Positions 48,776 to 62,000 of a stretch of DNA of 64,000 nucleotides are shown piece by piece (positions within the stretch are counted from its first letter, which is position 1; every line of letters starts with the position of its first letter). The DNA lies in the NCBI GenBank assembly GCA_963796455.1, contig CAWCLO010000001.1:1263026-1327025 (forward strand), in the 5' to 3' direction. This stretch comes from Candidatus Sulfomarinibacteraceae bacterium. Its GTDB lineage: Bacteria; Acidobacteriota; Thermoanaerobaculia; Thermoanaerobaculales; Sulfomarinibacteraceae. Below the pieces are notes generated by a model that was not told where the DNA came from, did no database searches, and worked only from the letters and a program-made list of their open reading frames with translations. The position numbers were made by a program, and so were the translations under genes.

Positions 48776-51184
48776 TCATTCTTCGAAGTTCAATTTCTTC
48801 AAGAGCGCGGCGAAGCGCGGATCGGTGCGCAACGGATCGAAGACCCGGTCGTTCTTGAGCCAACCCAGCCACTCCGAATCCAGCGCGTAGGCCTGTTCCA
48901 ACAGGCTGACCGCCCGGCCGTATTCTCCCAGGCCGATGGCCACCAACGAATTGTTAAAGGGCGTGATCACCGCGTTGAGCGACATCGCCTTCAGGTCCTC
49001 CACCTCTGCCATGGCGCGTTCCCGATCGCCGGAAGCGCCGTGGGCGTAGGCGAGGAATGCGCTGACGAATGCCGGCGCGCCCATGGTCTTGGCCCGCTGG
49101 AAATGCGGGATCGCATCCTCGACCATCCCGGCCTGAATGTCGATCCATCCAAGGGACCACGAAGGAAAGAAGTAGGTCGGGTCGAGTTCGGCGGCTCCTC
49201 TGGCGAGCTCCCGCGCGGCCTCGTGGTCGCCGTTCCATGACGCAGCCATGACGGCATCGAGAGGAATCTGGGGGTTGAGTGGGTCCAGTTCCGCTGCAAC
49301 TTTGCTCGCGGCGATCGACTCGTCGAACCGGCCCAGAAATGCGAGACCGATGGCAAACTGGTCGTGGGCGAAGGCATAGTTCGGGTTGAGCTCGATGGCG
49401 CGGCGAAACTCTCGTTCGGACCCCAACCAGTCGTACTCGTACCAGAGCTTGAAGTTGGCGAGCGAGGCGTGAGCCTCGGCCGATCGCTCGTCCAGGCGAA
49501 TGCCCTTCTCGGCCGCGGCCTTCGCCTTCGGCCGAGAATCGGCGGCCGTGATGAATCCTTCGTTGTAGCCGGCCCACAGGTAGGCATCGGACAGACCCGA
49601 GAGGGCCGGCACGAAGTTCGGGCTGATGGCGAGAGCATCTTCGAAACGGTCGATGGCCTTCTTCAGATTCTCGTCACTCGGACGGTTGAAGAAGTAGCGG
49701 CCCTTGAGATAGGCGTCGTAGGCCTCGGGGTCCACGGTCCCAGCACTCTCGATAAGCGACTGCTCGGCTGGGGTCAACTGGACGTTGATTTCCCGGGCGA
49801 TGGCCGAAGCCATCTCACCCTGAAGCGCCAGCACGTCCAGAGGAGCTGCGATCGAAGGTCTCGACCCACAATGCCGATCTCCGCGGGCATCGATGAGCTG
49901 GGCCGTGATCCGAACCCTGTCGCCCTCTCGAATGACCGAGCCCTCCACGATGGCATCAACGTCGAGAGCCTCGGCGATCTCCGGAGTCGACGGGCGATTG
50001 TCGCCACCGAACTGCATGGCGGAACCGCGCGAAATGACCCGGATCTGGCTGATCCGGGCGAGATCCGCGGTCAGCGCATCGGTCATGCCCTCGGCGAAAT
50101 AGTCCTGGCTCGGGTCCCCCGAGAAGTTGTCCAGAGGCAGCACCGCGATGGATCGGATTTCGGGCCCGGCGGAAACCTGCCGATCCGTCCCGAACGGGCC
50201 GAAAACCTCGAACCGCACGAGCAGAAATGCCACGACCGCCAGGAGCGACCGACGCCGGCCGCGAACTTGAGCGGCTTCGAGAGCCACGGCCGGCGACCCC
50301 ACATTGCTCGGTCGAACGGGACGGTCTTCACGGCCGGATGAGCGCACCCTCCAGGGCGGCGTGAACAGTCGCGCATGCTCGAATAGCGGGCCCCAGGGTA
50401 CTTTTTCGAGACATGCGTTCGATGACCTGCATCAACCCATCGGGCAACTCAGTCGCGCACGGCCGGACAGGGACGGCGGTGTATCGCGAAGGATCGCCGA
50501 ACTGAGTTCGGCCGTGGATCTCCCGCCGAACGGCCGCTGCCCGCTCGCCATCTCGTAGAGCATGACTCCCAACGAGAAGATATCGGTTCTGAGATCGACT
50601 GCCTGGGCCGAGACCTGTTCCGGTGACATATAGGGAACAGTTCCCATGACCACGCCTTCGCGGGTGTGAAGGTCCGTTTCCATTTCGGAGTCCAGAGGCC
50701 CGTCCGGCTGTGGGACCGCAATCTTGGCGAGCCCGAAATCGAGCACCTTGACCTGCCCGTCGGGCGCAACCATGACGTTGGCGGGCTTGAGATCGCGGTG
50801 GACGATGCCCCTGTCGTGGGCGGCCGCCAGCGCCTCAGCCACAGCGGAAGCGATCTCGAGGATTCGATCCACGGCCATGCCGTCGGAGGGGATCAACCCG
50901 TCCAGCGACTCACCTTCCACCAATTGCATGGTCAGAAAGTGCTGGCCCTCGCTCTCCTCCACCGAGTACACGCCGACCACACCCGGATGATCGAGGGAGG
51001 CGAGCATCATGGCCTCGCGGCGGAATCGATCGAGTCGTTCTGGATCTGCGGCCATCTCCTCGGGCAGCACCTTGAGCGCCACCTCGCGGCCGAGCTTGGT
51101 GTCGGTCGCGCGCCACACCTCACCCATGCCGCCTGAACCGAGAGCGGCGGTGATGCGGTAGTGGGCCAGGGTGGTGCCGATCAC
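48776..51184 (-). CDS. K4: Ser/Thr kinase - TM - TolB_N-like/TPR; several frameshifts around 49850-50450
   Basis: GTG ATC GGC start at 51184, HRDLKPAN, DFG and SPE; downstream ORF has a TM segment, SIAVLPLDNFSGDPSQDYFAEGMT and TPRs. Confidence 0.75.
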
Positions 51185-54100
51185 TGCCAGCTTCCAATCG
51201 CGATTGACATGTGAGGTTGCTTCGCGCTCGGCCTTGAGGAACGCTGCCGTCCGCTCCTGCGACTTCGCGGCAATTTCTGCAAAGCGGGGCAGGGACCGCA
51301 ACGGCGCGAGAAACGGGCAATGAGTCGAGATGAACGGGTAGGGGTAGAACCCTCCATCGACCGTTCGCCCGATCATATCGAGGGCACGGTCGTGGTCGCC
51401 GGACAGGGCAAACGGCTCGGCGAGGTGAAACTGTGTGTGACTGTCGAGGGGCGCCAGGTCGATGTTCGAGAGTCTCGAGATCGCATCCCGGTGTCTCCCT
51501 TCGATGGCATCGATGAGGGCGAGCAGCTGGATGGTGTAGGGTCCCTCCGGCTCAGTCTCGAGCATGAACTGCGCATGCCGGGAGGCCTGCTGCGTCCTTC
51601 CCAGGGCAGCGAGCGAATAACCGGCGCACCATCGGAGAAAGTAGTTCTGGGGATCCAGGGCCATTCCCCGCTCGAACTCCGGCAGAGCCTCCTCGAATTG
51701 ACCGGCAATGATTTTCGCCGCGCCGGCGCACATCCAGGAGTTCGCGTTCAACGGATCGTGAGTCGCCATGAGATGTGCGGCCTGGAACCCGCCTTCGGTG
51801 TCTCCTGCGGCAAAGTAGGTGGCGCACATGTACCACAGGGTGTCCGGGTCGTTGGGGTTGCGGTCGAGCGACTGTTTGAAATGTCGGACGGCTTCTTCAA
51901 TCGGCCGCGTTCATAGCATACAAATCCGAGAATCGCGTGCCCGATAGGGCCCGTCAGGATCGCGGTGCATGAGCGTCAGGGCCATGGCTTCAGCGTCGTC
52001 GAGAGGCTGCAGATCGCGGCTCAGGCCGGCTTTCACCTCGGCCACCATGGCCCAGGCCTCGAGGGCCATGAGGGCCGGGGTCTCACCCTCGATTTCGATC
52101 GCCCGTGCGAGCAGGGCCGGCACCCTCTCGACCGACGAGCCGGGTCGTTGTCTGAAGATCCTGGCGCGCCTGCAGATAGAGCTCGAAGGCGCGGGCGTCG
52201 GCGATCGGGCTTTCAGCGAGCCGCCGGTTCTCGTCCGAGGTGAGGCTGACGTCGAGAGCACTTCACGATCTCCCTCGAGACCCGCTCCTGAACCTCGAAG
52301 ACATCCTCCATGGTCCGCTGATACTTCTCGCTCCAGAGGTGGGCATCCGATCTGGGCATCGATGAGCTGGGCAGTGATGCGGAGGTCGAACTGCCGATTT
52401 GCGCACTCCCCCTTCCAGGACATAGCGCACACCCAGCTCCCGACCGATCGTCTGCACATCCTTCTTCGCGCCCCTGAACTGCATCGCCGAAGTTCGCGAG
52501 ATGACCCTCAACGCGCCGATACTTCGAAAGGTCGGCGATGATCTCCTCGGTGAGCCCATCCGAAAAGTACTCGTTCTCGGGGTCGGCGCTCATGTTGACG
52601 AAGGGCAGGACGGCGATTGACTTCCCCGCGACTCGGATCGGCATCTGCTGCCCGTCCGGCTTGTCTGCGGGTCGGCGAAGGCGGCAGACCGAGGCGCTCC
52701 TCGAGCTCGGTGAAGCGCGGGTCAGCCCGGAGAGAGTCGAAGCCGGGCAGCCCGGTGTAGTAGAGCCAAAGCTGGTGCTGGTCCTCGGCCCGCGCGAAGA
52801 CCTCGAAGGCCGCGTCGATCTCCCCGAGTGCACCGAGCAGCCAGCCCTCGGACACTATCTGCGGAGCCGCAGCCGCCCGCGTTCGCAGCTCCTCGAGGAG
52901 CGTCCGGGCTTCGTCCTCACGTCCCGCACTGGCCAGTGCCCACCCCAGCAGTCCCAGGAAGTCGCCCCCCCGGTGAGAAACGGAGACGCCGTGCTCGGCA
53001 GCCGTTATGCCTTCCTCGAAATGCCCAAGGGCGACATTCGCCAGGCTCGAGCAGAACAGCGCCGACGCGTCCTCCTTCTCGAACGTGAGCGCTTGCTCGG
53101 CGTATGGGAGGGCTTCCTGTGGCCGCCTGGCGGTCAGCAGCCCCAGTGCCGTGAGCATGTAGGGAAAGGACGCAAGCGGATCGGCTTGCCGGGCCCGCTC
53201 GAAAAACGGCTCGGCTTCGTCGGGCTTCTGGTGCAGACTCAGGCACATCCCCAACAAACCAAGGGACGGAACGTGGGAGGGCTGGAGTTCGATCGCTCGA
53301 CGAACGGCGGCCTCCAAGTCCTTCCATCGTCGTTCGATGAATGCGACAAAGCCCTCGCCGTGGAGGCCATCAGCAGATTCTCCCTGCAACTCCAGCGCGG
53401 TTGCGAGGGCCTTTCGGGCGCCCGCGCAGGCCTCCTGCGCCGGGATCAAGCTCATGTGCGCCGACAGCGCGAGGCTTTCCGCGAGCCCGGTCCACGAAGG
53501 TGCGTGAGTCGGATCGAGGCGGATGGCTTCCTGGAAGGCCCGAACGGCCCCGCCGTGATCCTCCTTGGCGTAGCGAAGATGCTGGCCCAACAGGTAGCTC
53601 CGATAGGCTTCGAGGTTGCGGGCCTGGGGTCGGGCCGGGATGGTCCGCGCTCCCGGAGCAAGCCGGGCCTCGACGGCCTCGACGACACCGGCGGCGATCT
53701 CGTCCTGGACGGCGAAGATGTCCTCCAGCTCCCGGTCGAAGCGCTCGGACCAGAGCTGGTGCCCGCTCGCCACGTCGGTTAGCTGCGCGGTGACCCGCAG
53801 GCGGCTCCCTGCCGTTCGCACGCTGCCCTCGAGTACGTGGCTCACGGAGAGCAGGTGCGCGATCTCTGCCAGGCCGTGGCCCTCCTGCCGGGCACGGAAG
53901 GCGGACGTGCGTGATGCGATGCGGATGCCCTCGATCCGGACCAGGGAGCTCATGATCTCCTCGGCCATGCCCTCGCAGAAGTAGTCTTGATCCTTGCCCG
54001 GGCTCAGATCGCTGAAGGGCAGGACGGCAATCGCCACAAACTGCGTTTCAGCAGGGGCGGAAATCGGAGACGCCGCCGGTGTCGACGCCCCGGAGATCGG

Positions 54101-56269
54101 AGCGGGGGTTGATTCCTCGCCACCCGGTGCGTCGACTTCGACGCCGGCTGAGCGCAGAACACTGATGACTTCGTTAAGGAGATCGGGCTGGGAGTAGAAC
54201 CACATCTCGGCGAATCGCCCGTAGCCCCGCATGTCCTCAGCCGGGTAGGCACGCAGCATCTCGCGGGCCGCGTTCTCGGCGGCGGCGGTGTTGCCAAGCC
54301 GGGTGTGCGCCAGCACCTCCGCCATGGGAGCGCCGTAATAGCCGGGCATGTTGATCTTCTGCGCGACCTCGAGAGCTTGCTGGTTCTCACCCTTGAGAAA
54401 GTGATCGAAGAAGGTGGTGAAGCGATACCACCCGGGATGGTGGGGGTTGAGCTCCATCGCTTCGGTGGTGAGCTCGACGCCCCGGTCCCAGTCACCCGAG
54501 TAGCCGTAGAGAACCCCCAGCATCGCCACAACATTGCCGTTGCGGCGGTTGAGCTTGATGGCCTTTTCGGCGTTGGCCTTGAAGGCGCCCAGATCCCGGC
54601 GATAGAAAAAGACCGTCGCCAGGGCGTAATGTGCAAACGAGCTCGCCGGATCGGCTTCCACGCCTCGCCGGGCCGCCGACAGAGCCCGATCGAGCGCGTC
54701 CGGCCGGCGGTTGAAATCATGACGATCCTCGTCGAGAACCACCAACGCGAGACAGGACCAGGCGTCGGCGTACCCGGGTTCGACCTCCACCGCTCGCTCC
54801 AGAGCTTCGCGGGCGATCACATGATCCTCCTGCGACAGCCGCTGTTGGAACAGGAAATACCGCAGCACCGCCTGGTAGGCGGTCATCTCCTTCGGATCCA
54901 TCGCGGCGGTGGGGATCGCCATCGATCGCGCCACCACCCCATACGGGTCGGCCACCGTCGCCACAACCCGGTCGGTGATGTCGTCCTGAATGGCGAAGAT
55001 CGCGGTCTCGTCGAGATCGCGGTCGTAGGTCTCGGTCCACAGGTGGGTGCCGGTCTCGGTGTCGACGATCTGCACGTTGATCCGAATCGTCGATCCCGCC
55101 TTGCGGATGCCCCCCTCCATCACGAACCGCGCGCCCAGCTCCTCACCCACCTGTCGGACATCAGCCGACTCCCCTCGGTAACGGCTCGTCGATTTGCGAG
55201 CCACCACGAAGAGATAGGAGAATCGCGAGAGACCGGCGGCGATGTCCTCTTCGAGTCCGTCGGCGAATGCCTCCACATTCGAATCACCTCTCGGACAACC
55301 AAACGGCAGCACGGCGATCCAGGGGACATCCCTGCGCCTGACTTCGGAGCTGCTCGACGACGGACGGGAAACCAGTCGAGGTGATTGTGATGCCGGCCTC
55401 AAATTCTGGGCAACCATCGAACTCGATTCCCGGCGCAGCGCCTTGAGCTCGTTGAAGACATCCCGTGCCGTCTGGTAGCGGTCGCGGCGGTCCTTCTCGA
55501 GACACCGCGTGATGATCCGGCCGAGGTGGTTCGGAAGATCATCGCGGCGCTCGCCCACCGGCTCCGGCGCGTCGCGCAGGATCGACGACATGAGCCCGGC
55601 CGCGCTCTCGCCCGCGAACGGCCGCTCGCCGGTGGCCATTTCATACAGCAAGACCCCGAGCGAGAAGATATCGGTCCGGTGATCGAGGATCTTGCCCTCA
55701 ACCTGCTCGGGCGACATGTAGGGCACCGTGCCCACCACCATGCCGACCCCGGTTAGGGCCTCGGTGGGCAGCTCCGAGGAATCCGAAACCTCTCCGGATC
55801 CCTGCTGTTTCGCGAGACCGAAATCCATCACCTTGACTCGACCGTCGCCGTCCACCATCACATTTGACGGCTTGAGGTCGCGGTGGACCACACTCTTGTC
55901 GTGAGCCGCCGAGATCGCCTCGGCCAGGGGGGTCGCAAGATCGAAGAAGCGCTCGAATTCAAAACCACTGTCCGGGATCATGGTTTCGAGCGTCCGCCCG
56001 TCGACCAGCTCCATGGTCAGGAAGTGGATGCTCCCGACCTTCTCCACCGAGTAGATGGTGACGATGTGGGGGTGGTTGAGTGAGGCCACCGCCCGCGCTT
56101 CGCGTTCGAATCGATCGAGCCGCTTCGGGTCCGCGGAGAACTCCTCCGGCAGGACCTTGATCGCCACCTCGCGCCCCAGCTTTTCGTCGTGAGCCCGCCA
56201 CACCTCCCCCATCCCGCCGGCGCCGAGGGCCGCGGTGATGCGGTAGTGGGCGAGGGTTGTGCCGATCAT
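51181..56269 (-). CDS. K3: Ser/Thr kinase plus three TolB_N-like/TPR modules; third module broken by multiple frameshifts (51900-52700)
   Basis: A 1253-aa ORF holds the kinase and two modules. Fragments SIAVLPFVNMSADPENEYFSDG, LRVISRTSAMQF and LRITAQLIDA plus TPRs continue in shifting frames up to the K4 start. Confidence 0.75.
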
Positions 56270-59079
56270 CTGGATTCGAGCTCCCGTTGCCAGCCTTGCA
56301 CAAAGACCAACGACCTCTCGTCGGTTTCCGTCACGATGCGGTTGAGCAGGAAACGCTCACCGTCGGGGAACACATCGAAGCTGTGGTCGCCCGACCGGAG
56401 GATCACCCGGAAAAGAGGCGACGGTCTGCCGAAAACGGGTCTCCCGCCGGTCCAGGTCACCGGGACCGCCGTGATTTCTGAATCGGCCGAGTAATAGAAG
56501 AGCTCGCCGCCGTCACGGCTCCAGATCGGAGTTCTCCCGCCGCCACCGGAGATCACAAACCGCTCGTCGCCGGCGGGGAAACTCCGCACGTGGATCTCGC
56601 TCGAACCGGATTCATCCGACCCGTAGGCCACCCATCCGCCGTCGGGAGAAAATTGCCCATCGCGTTCAGGGTACGGCTGGTCGAGCCACGGCCGCGCCTC
56701 GCCGGATTCGAACTCGAGCACCCACAGGTCTACGTCGTTCTCCGACTCGAGGCTGTAGAGCAAGAACCGACCATCCGGATCGATGTCGTCAGGCTCGGAG
56801 TTGAGGTCATTCGATGTGAAGGCTCTTTCCGGTCTCGCCCCCTCGACGTCTCGGACATAGATGTCGGGTACGCGCCGGAAGAACACCTCGCTGTCGTCGG
56901 GGTGCCACACCGGGCGGGACTCGTCGATCGGGCCGGCCGCGAGACGGGTGCGGGTACCGCGTTCGAGATCGAAGACCCAGACGTCGCCTTGGGTCCTTTG
57001 AATGTCGGTGATATCGACCGCCACCCGTCGACCGTCGTGCGAGACTGCCGGAGAATAGTACTCGGCCAGGGGCCCCACCAACGAAAGCTGGCGCCCAGTT
57101 CGATCAACCGTCACGATCTCCGTATCACCGAATTGACCGGTCCCCCCCTGATAGACCAGAATTCCCGACGGCGATACTGCGAACCGTCCCGAAAACGAAT
57201 ACGAGGACCAGCCGACGTCGGCCAGACTGACGCTCTCCGAGCCGATCCTGAGTCGTTCCGTGTCGAAGGGAAAGGCCTTGAGACTCCCCGCCTCCCAGAA
57301 GAGCAGCCAGTCTGGTTCCACCAGCTCGACCCTGGACATCGTCCGGGTCAACAAAACCGGTTGCGGATCGCCCGTCATGGAGGCCGCATAGGTACCGGAT
57401 CTCGCACCTCCGAGATCTTGCAGAACAAAGAGGTAGTGCGTCCCACCGGGAATGATCCTGGGCCACGCATACCACGTGGACAGCAACCCTGGTATGGGGA
57501 CCGGCAACTGCCGCACGTCGCCGCCATCGGCTGCAATCAACCGCGGTGGTGAGTTGTAGTCACCGACAAAGATGATCGTGTCGTCATCCGCCCACGAAGC
57601 CCCGAGCGGCTGCGGCGCATCGGCCAGAACCTCTGCCCTCGCGTCCTCCAAGCCGATCTTCTTGAGCTTGCCATCGGCAAAGAACCCGAGCGTTCGACCA
57701 TCCGGAGACCAGAACGGCATTTCCCCCCCGCGCGTGTCATCGAGCCGGCGCGCGTTCTCGTTGTCGAGGGAACGCACGAAGACGTAGCTCGGCCCGTCCG
57801 GTTCGCGTGCCGGAAAGACCACCTGGCGGCCGTCGTTCGAGATTGCAGGAGGACCGACGTTCAGATCGAAGGAATAACCCTCGGGTGCGGAGAGGTTCGA
57901 GACCATCCTTTGCGGCGAGGTCGATTTCGATTGACCGAACAGGCCTGAAAAACCCGCGCCTGTCACCAACAGAGCGGTGACCGGTCCGCCGATCGCCGCG
58001 ATCCACAGCAGGGTCCGCCAAGCTGGCGTACCCGTGTTTCCGCGCACCTGAAGCTGTGGCTCGGACGGTTCCCGGAGCTCGAGGCCCGCGTCACCCATGT
58101 CGCGCAAGCGGCGCTCCGGATCTCTTGCGAGACACCTTTGAAGGAGCCGCTCCACCGCCAAAGGTGTTGACCGGGGAAGCTCATCCCACGGTATCTCGGC
58201 CCGCAACACCGCGGCGAGCACATCCGACACCGTCTCGCCGTCGAAGAGCTTGCGACCGGTGAGCATCTCCCACAACACAACGCCAAAAGACCAGACATCA
58301 GCACGGCGGTCCACCTTCTTGCCTCTGGCCTGTTCCGGGCTCATATAGGCCGCGGTGCCGAGAATCACCCCTTCCACCGTGGCGTGCCGGGTCATGGTCG
58401 GCGACATGGAGATGCTGGAGTCGCCGCCGTCGCTCTCCCACGCCTTGGCCAGCCCGAAGTCGAGCACCTTGACCGTACCGTTTTCGGTGAGCTTGATGTT
58501 GGCCGGTTTGAGATCGCGGTGGACGATGCCCGCCTCATGCGCAGCCTCGAGGGCCTCGGCGATCTGCAGAGCAATGGGAATGGCCTCGTCGAACGGAATC
58601 GCGCCGCGCGCGATGCATTCGGAGAGATCTTCCCCTTCGACCAATTCCATCACCAAGAACGTGACACCAGATCTGTCATTTCGAGCGGAGACGTCGTCCG
58701 ACGACGTCGGAGTCGAGAAATCTCGGCGGAGTGAGTCGCCGCTGGGCGCGGCGCCCCGCTCAGATCCCTCGGCTCGGCCTTCGACCTCGCTCGGGATGAC
58801 AGAAGGGAGGCCCAAGGCCTCGCTCGGGATGACAGGTCGAGAGACGACGTTTTCTAACCCAAACAACGTCGCGATGTTCGGGTGGTTGAGGCTCGCCAGC
58901 ACCTTCGCTTCGCGTTCGAAGCGGGCGAGACGCTCCGGGTCCGCTGCGAAGTCAGCTGGCAAGACCTTCAGCGCCACCTCGCGTCCCAGCTTTTCATCGG
59001 TCGCCCGCCACACCTCCCCCATCCCGCCGGCGCCGAGGGCCGAGGTGATGCGGTAGTGGGCGAGGGTGGTGCCGATCAT
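56266..59079 (-). CDS. K2: Ser/Thr kinase (with in-frame palindromic insert) - TM - PD40 beta-propeller
   Basis: ATG at 59079 overlaps the K1 TGA; Hanks motifs intact; ~60-aa insert between LFGLE and FLVMELV. Confidence 0.9.
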   Translation of the reverse strand: MIGTTLAHYRITSALGAGGMGEVWRATDEKLGREVALKVLPADFAADPERLARFEREAKVLASLNHPNIATLFGLENVVSRPVIPSEALGLPSVIPSEVEGRAEGSERGAAPSGDSLRRDFSTPTSSDDVSARNDRSGVTFLVMELVEGEDLSECIARGAIPFDEAIPIALQIAEALEAAHEAGIVHRDLKPANIKLTENGTVKVLDFGLAKAWESDGGDSSISMSPTMTRHATVEGVILGTAAYMSPEQARGKKVDRRADVWSFGVVLWEMLTGRKLFDGETVSDVLAAVLRAEIPWDELPRSTPLAVERLLQRCLARDPERRLRDMGDAGLELREPSEPQLQVRGNTGTPAWRTLLWIAAIGGPVTALLVTGAGFSGLFGQSKSTSPQRMVSNLSAPEGYSFDLNVGPPAISNDGRQVVFPAREPDGPSYVFVRSLDNENARRLDDTRGGEMPFWSPDGRTLGFFADGKLKKIGLEDARAEVLADAPQPLGASWADDDTIIFVGDYNSPPRLIAADGGDVRQLPVPIPGLLSTWYAWPRIIPGGTHYLFVLQDLGGARSGTYAASMTGDPQPVLLTRTMSRVELVEPDWLLFWEAGSLKAFPFDTERLRIGSESVSLADVGWSSYSFSGRFAVSPSGILVYQGGTGQFGDTEIVTVDRTGRQLSLVGPLAEYYSPAVSHDGRRVAVDITDIQRTQGDVWVFDLERGTRTRLAAGPIDESRPVWHPDDSEVFFRRVPDIYVRDVEGARPERAFTSNDLNSEPDDIDPDGRFLLYSLESENDVDLWVLEFESGEARPWLDQPYPERDGQFSPDGGWVAYGSDESGSSEIHVRSFPAGDERFVISGGGGRTPIWSRDGGELFYYSADSEITAVPVTWTGGRPVFGRPSPLFRVILRSGDHSFDVFPDGERFLLNRIVTETDERSLVFVQGWQRELESR
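58674..58834. repeat. REP-like palindromic element inserted in frame in the K2 kinase domain
   Basis: TGTCATTTCGAGCGGAG...GGAGTCGAGAAATCT, AGATCCCTCGGCTCGGCC...CTCGCTCGGGATGACA and a second CTCGCTCGGGATGACA; same family as 3581-3759. Confidence 0.85.
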
Positions 59080-62000
59080 GCCGATTCCTTCGGCGCCGCT
59101 CCGCCGCGGAGTTTCTCGACAAGCTCCTGCATCAGCGGTTCGGCCAGGAGCTTTCGATGGGGCGGGAAGCCAGTGATTGCGAGGAGACTGGCGCGTTCCG
59201 CGAGCGCCTGCTCGAGGAGACTTCGTGCCACGTCGGGTTCGTCGAGCTCGCTGACCGCCCAGACCCGGAAGTACGGCGACACGTACTCCGTTGCCGTCCG
59301 CTCCTCGAGCTCGGCCAGGATTTCGCGAGCGTGGTCTCGCCGCCCGGCTGCCGCCCGGCACCACGCCAGGAGACCGAGAAAGACCGGAGCCCGGCCGGAA
59401 CGCTCGACGGCGCGGCCGAGCCACTCGTCCGCCTCGTCCCAGCGACCGGCAACGGCATTCGCGACACCGTGCACCCAGGTTCCGAGCAGTGAGTCGGGCT
59501 CGAGACGGACCGCGGTCCCCGACAGGCGGATCGCCTCATCCGTGTGTTTCGCAACGAGGAATGTAACCGCTGCCATCGTGTGGACGTAGGACGACTGGGC
59601 TCGAGGGCCACCAGCTTGCGGGCCTGATCGAACGCCTCCTCGACGCGCTCGTCGACCACCAACGCCCACGAACGCCACGCGACCGCCGTGACACTTGCCG
59701 GGTTCAGCTCGATCGCGCGGTCGAAAGCTGCGTGCGCCGACGAGGTGTCCCGATCGTAGACCAGCCGGATCAGGCCTTCCACAGCCCACGCCTCGGCGGA
59801 CTCCCGCGTCGCTTCCCCTGCCTGGCGAAGTTCATCCCGCGCTCTCGTCATGCCTTCGTTCGGCGGCACGAAGCCGTACATGGACAGCACGACAAGGGTC
59901 TCCGCCAACCCGATGCGGGCCAGGGAATAGCCCGGATCACGCCACACGGCCCCCTGGTAGCACTCGAGAGCGGTCCTCAGTTCGAGCTTGGAGTAGCGGG
60001 CGTGGCGTGCCTTGAGGTAGAGGTGGTAGGCCTCGATGTCGGCGCTGTGGCGTTCGGACCCGCCGACCTCGGCGGAGCCCAGCATGCTGATCTCGAGCGC
60101 TTCCACCACCCTCGCCGCGATCTCGTCCTGGACCTCGAAGACGTCGGCCATCTCTCGGTCGAATTTCTCGGACCACAGCTGGTAGCCGTCGACGGCATTG
60201 ACGAGGCGGGCCGTGACCCGCAGTCGATCGCCCGCGGTCCGCACGCTCCCCTCGAGCAGGGTGGTGACGCCGAGGGTCTCGCCGATGGCGGCGATGTCTC
60301 GGTCCTGGTTCTTGAAGCGGAAGGCGGCGGTCCGAGAGGCCACCCGCAGCTCCGGAAGCGCCGCCAGCGCATTGAGGATTTCCTCGGCGACACCTTCGCA
60401 GAACCACTCCTGGTCCCGGCCGGGGCTCATATCGGTGAAGGGCAGTACCGCCACGGCTTTACTCTCGGTCTCGGATGGTTCTTCGATTTCTGAAAGCGCA
60501 GGATCCTGGGGCCACAGCCGCCGCCACAACGCCCGCACTCCGGGGTGGTCCGCTGGGAACTCGTCATCGTGCACCGCCGGTCGGAACCAGAAGACCAACG
60601 GCAGGCGCTGGTCGACCGCGGTCGAGAGAAGCTCGAGCGCCCCATCTACATCGCGTTCGGCGATGGCACGCATCCCGCGGACGATACTGTCCATCCGCGG
60701 ATCGTCCCCTTCCAGCCGATCCAAGACCCTTCCGGCCTCTTCTTCTTCGCCGGCCAGTTTCAAGTTCGACGCGCGCATCGCTTCGAAGAACGGGTGCCGG
60801 CCGGTGAGCTCGCTCGTGCGGTCGTGCCATCGCTCAGCCTCGTCGAAGAGATTCCGCCTCTTGAGGACAATGGCCAGGAAGTTGGGCAGATCGAAAAAGA
60901 CGGGGTGCTGCTCGATCCCGTCGCGCAGCATGCGCTCGCCTTCTTCCCGCCGACCGGCGAAACACAGGACAAGCCCGAGCTGCGAAATGATGTTCGGGCT
61001 CTGCGGATCCATCGAGTAGGCGATCTCGTGCGTCGCGACGGACTCCTCGTACCTCCCCATGAGGAACAACGTCACGCCCAACCAGAAGTAGGCGTCGATC
61101 TCGGTCGGATCGATCTCGATCGCCTCGCGGAGGTCGGCGACCGAGCCGTCCCAGTCGAGGTCGAGATGGGAGCGGACCCCTGCCCGGCCGACCCGCGCCA
61201 AGGCACTTTCCGGATCGAGTTCGAGGGCTCGGTCGGCCGCCCTGCGGGCCTCGTCGAAGTCCTCACGACCGCGAGCGGCGCCCCAATAGGCGGAGAACAG
61301 ATGCCCCAAGGAGAGGTGCGCCCAGGCCGCAGAGAAATCCGGGTCGAGAGCGATGGCCTGCTCGAGTTGTTCGATGCCACGAGCGACCTCCGGCGCCACC
61401 AGCGTTCGCACCCCCTGCCGTCCCTTGAGGTAGAGGTCGTAAGCTTCCATGTTCTCGGTGGGACGCTGCCTGATCTGCGCCACGACGTCGCTCGCGAGCT
61501 CGGTCTCGAGGGCGCGCGCGATCTCGACCGCGACATCGCTCTGGACCTCGAAGATGTCTTCGAGGTCGCGGTCGTAGCTCTCGCTCCACAGATGCCGGTC
61601 GGTGGCGGCCTCGATGAGCTGAGCCGTCACCCGGACCCGGTCGCCCGCCCGCCGCACCGACCCCTCGAGCACCGTTCCCACTTCGAGCTCGGCCGAGATC
61701 TCGCGAATCGATTTCGACGTGCCCTTGTAGGTCATGGCCGACGTTCGGGAGATCACGCGAAGACCGCGGATCTTCGACAGGCTGGTCAGGATCTCCTCGG
61801 TCACGCCGTCCGAGAAGAACTCGTTGGTCGAGTCCTCGCTCATGTTGACGAAGGGCAGCACGGCGATGGATTCGCGGTCGAACCGGCGCTGTCGTCCCGC
61901 CGCTGGTTGGCTTCCTGAGGGGGGGCTGTCACCATCCTCGAACCCGGCCTTTCGCAGTCCTTCAACGAGGTGATCGAGAAACGACTCCGTATGTCCCCAC

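Noticed and set aside
50432..51829. Apparent TPR-kinase fusion ORF
   Set aside because: It contains the standard GTGATCGGC kinase start at 51184 in an indel-rich zone; more simply the K3 tail joined to K4 by a frameshift. A real fusion is not fully excluded.
58660..58850. Intein or intron in K2
   Set aside because: No Cys/Ser start or His-Asn end, too short, and no group I/II features; the DNA matches an intergenic palindrome family instead.
29677..61918. Long plus-strand ORFs (e.g. 29677..31227, 37086..38627, 39794..41299, 52538..53782, 60545..61918)
   Set aside because: Antisense shadows of GC-rich kinase genes, with no recognisable motifs.
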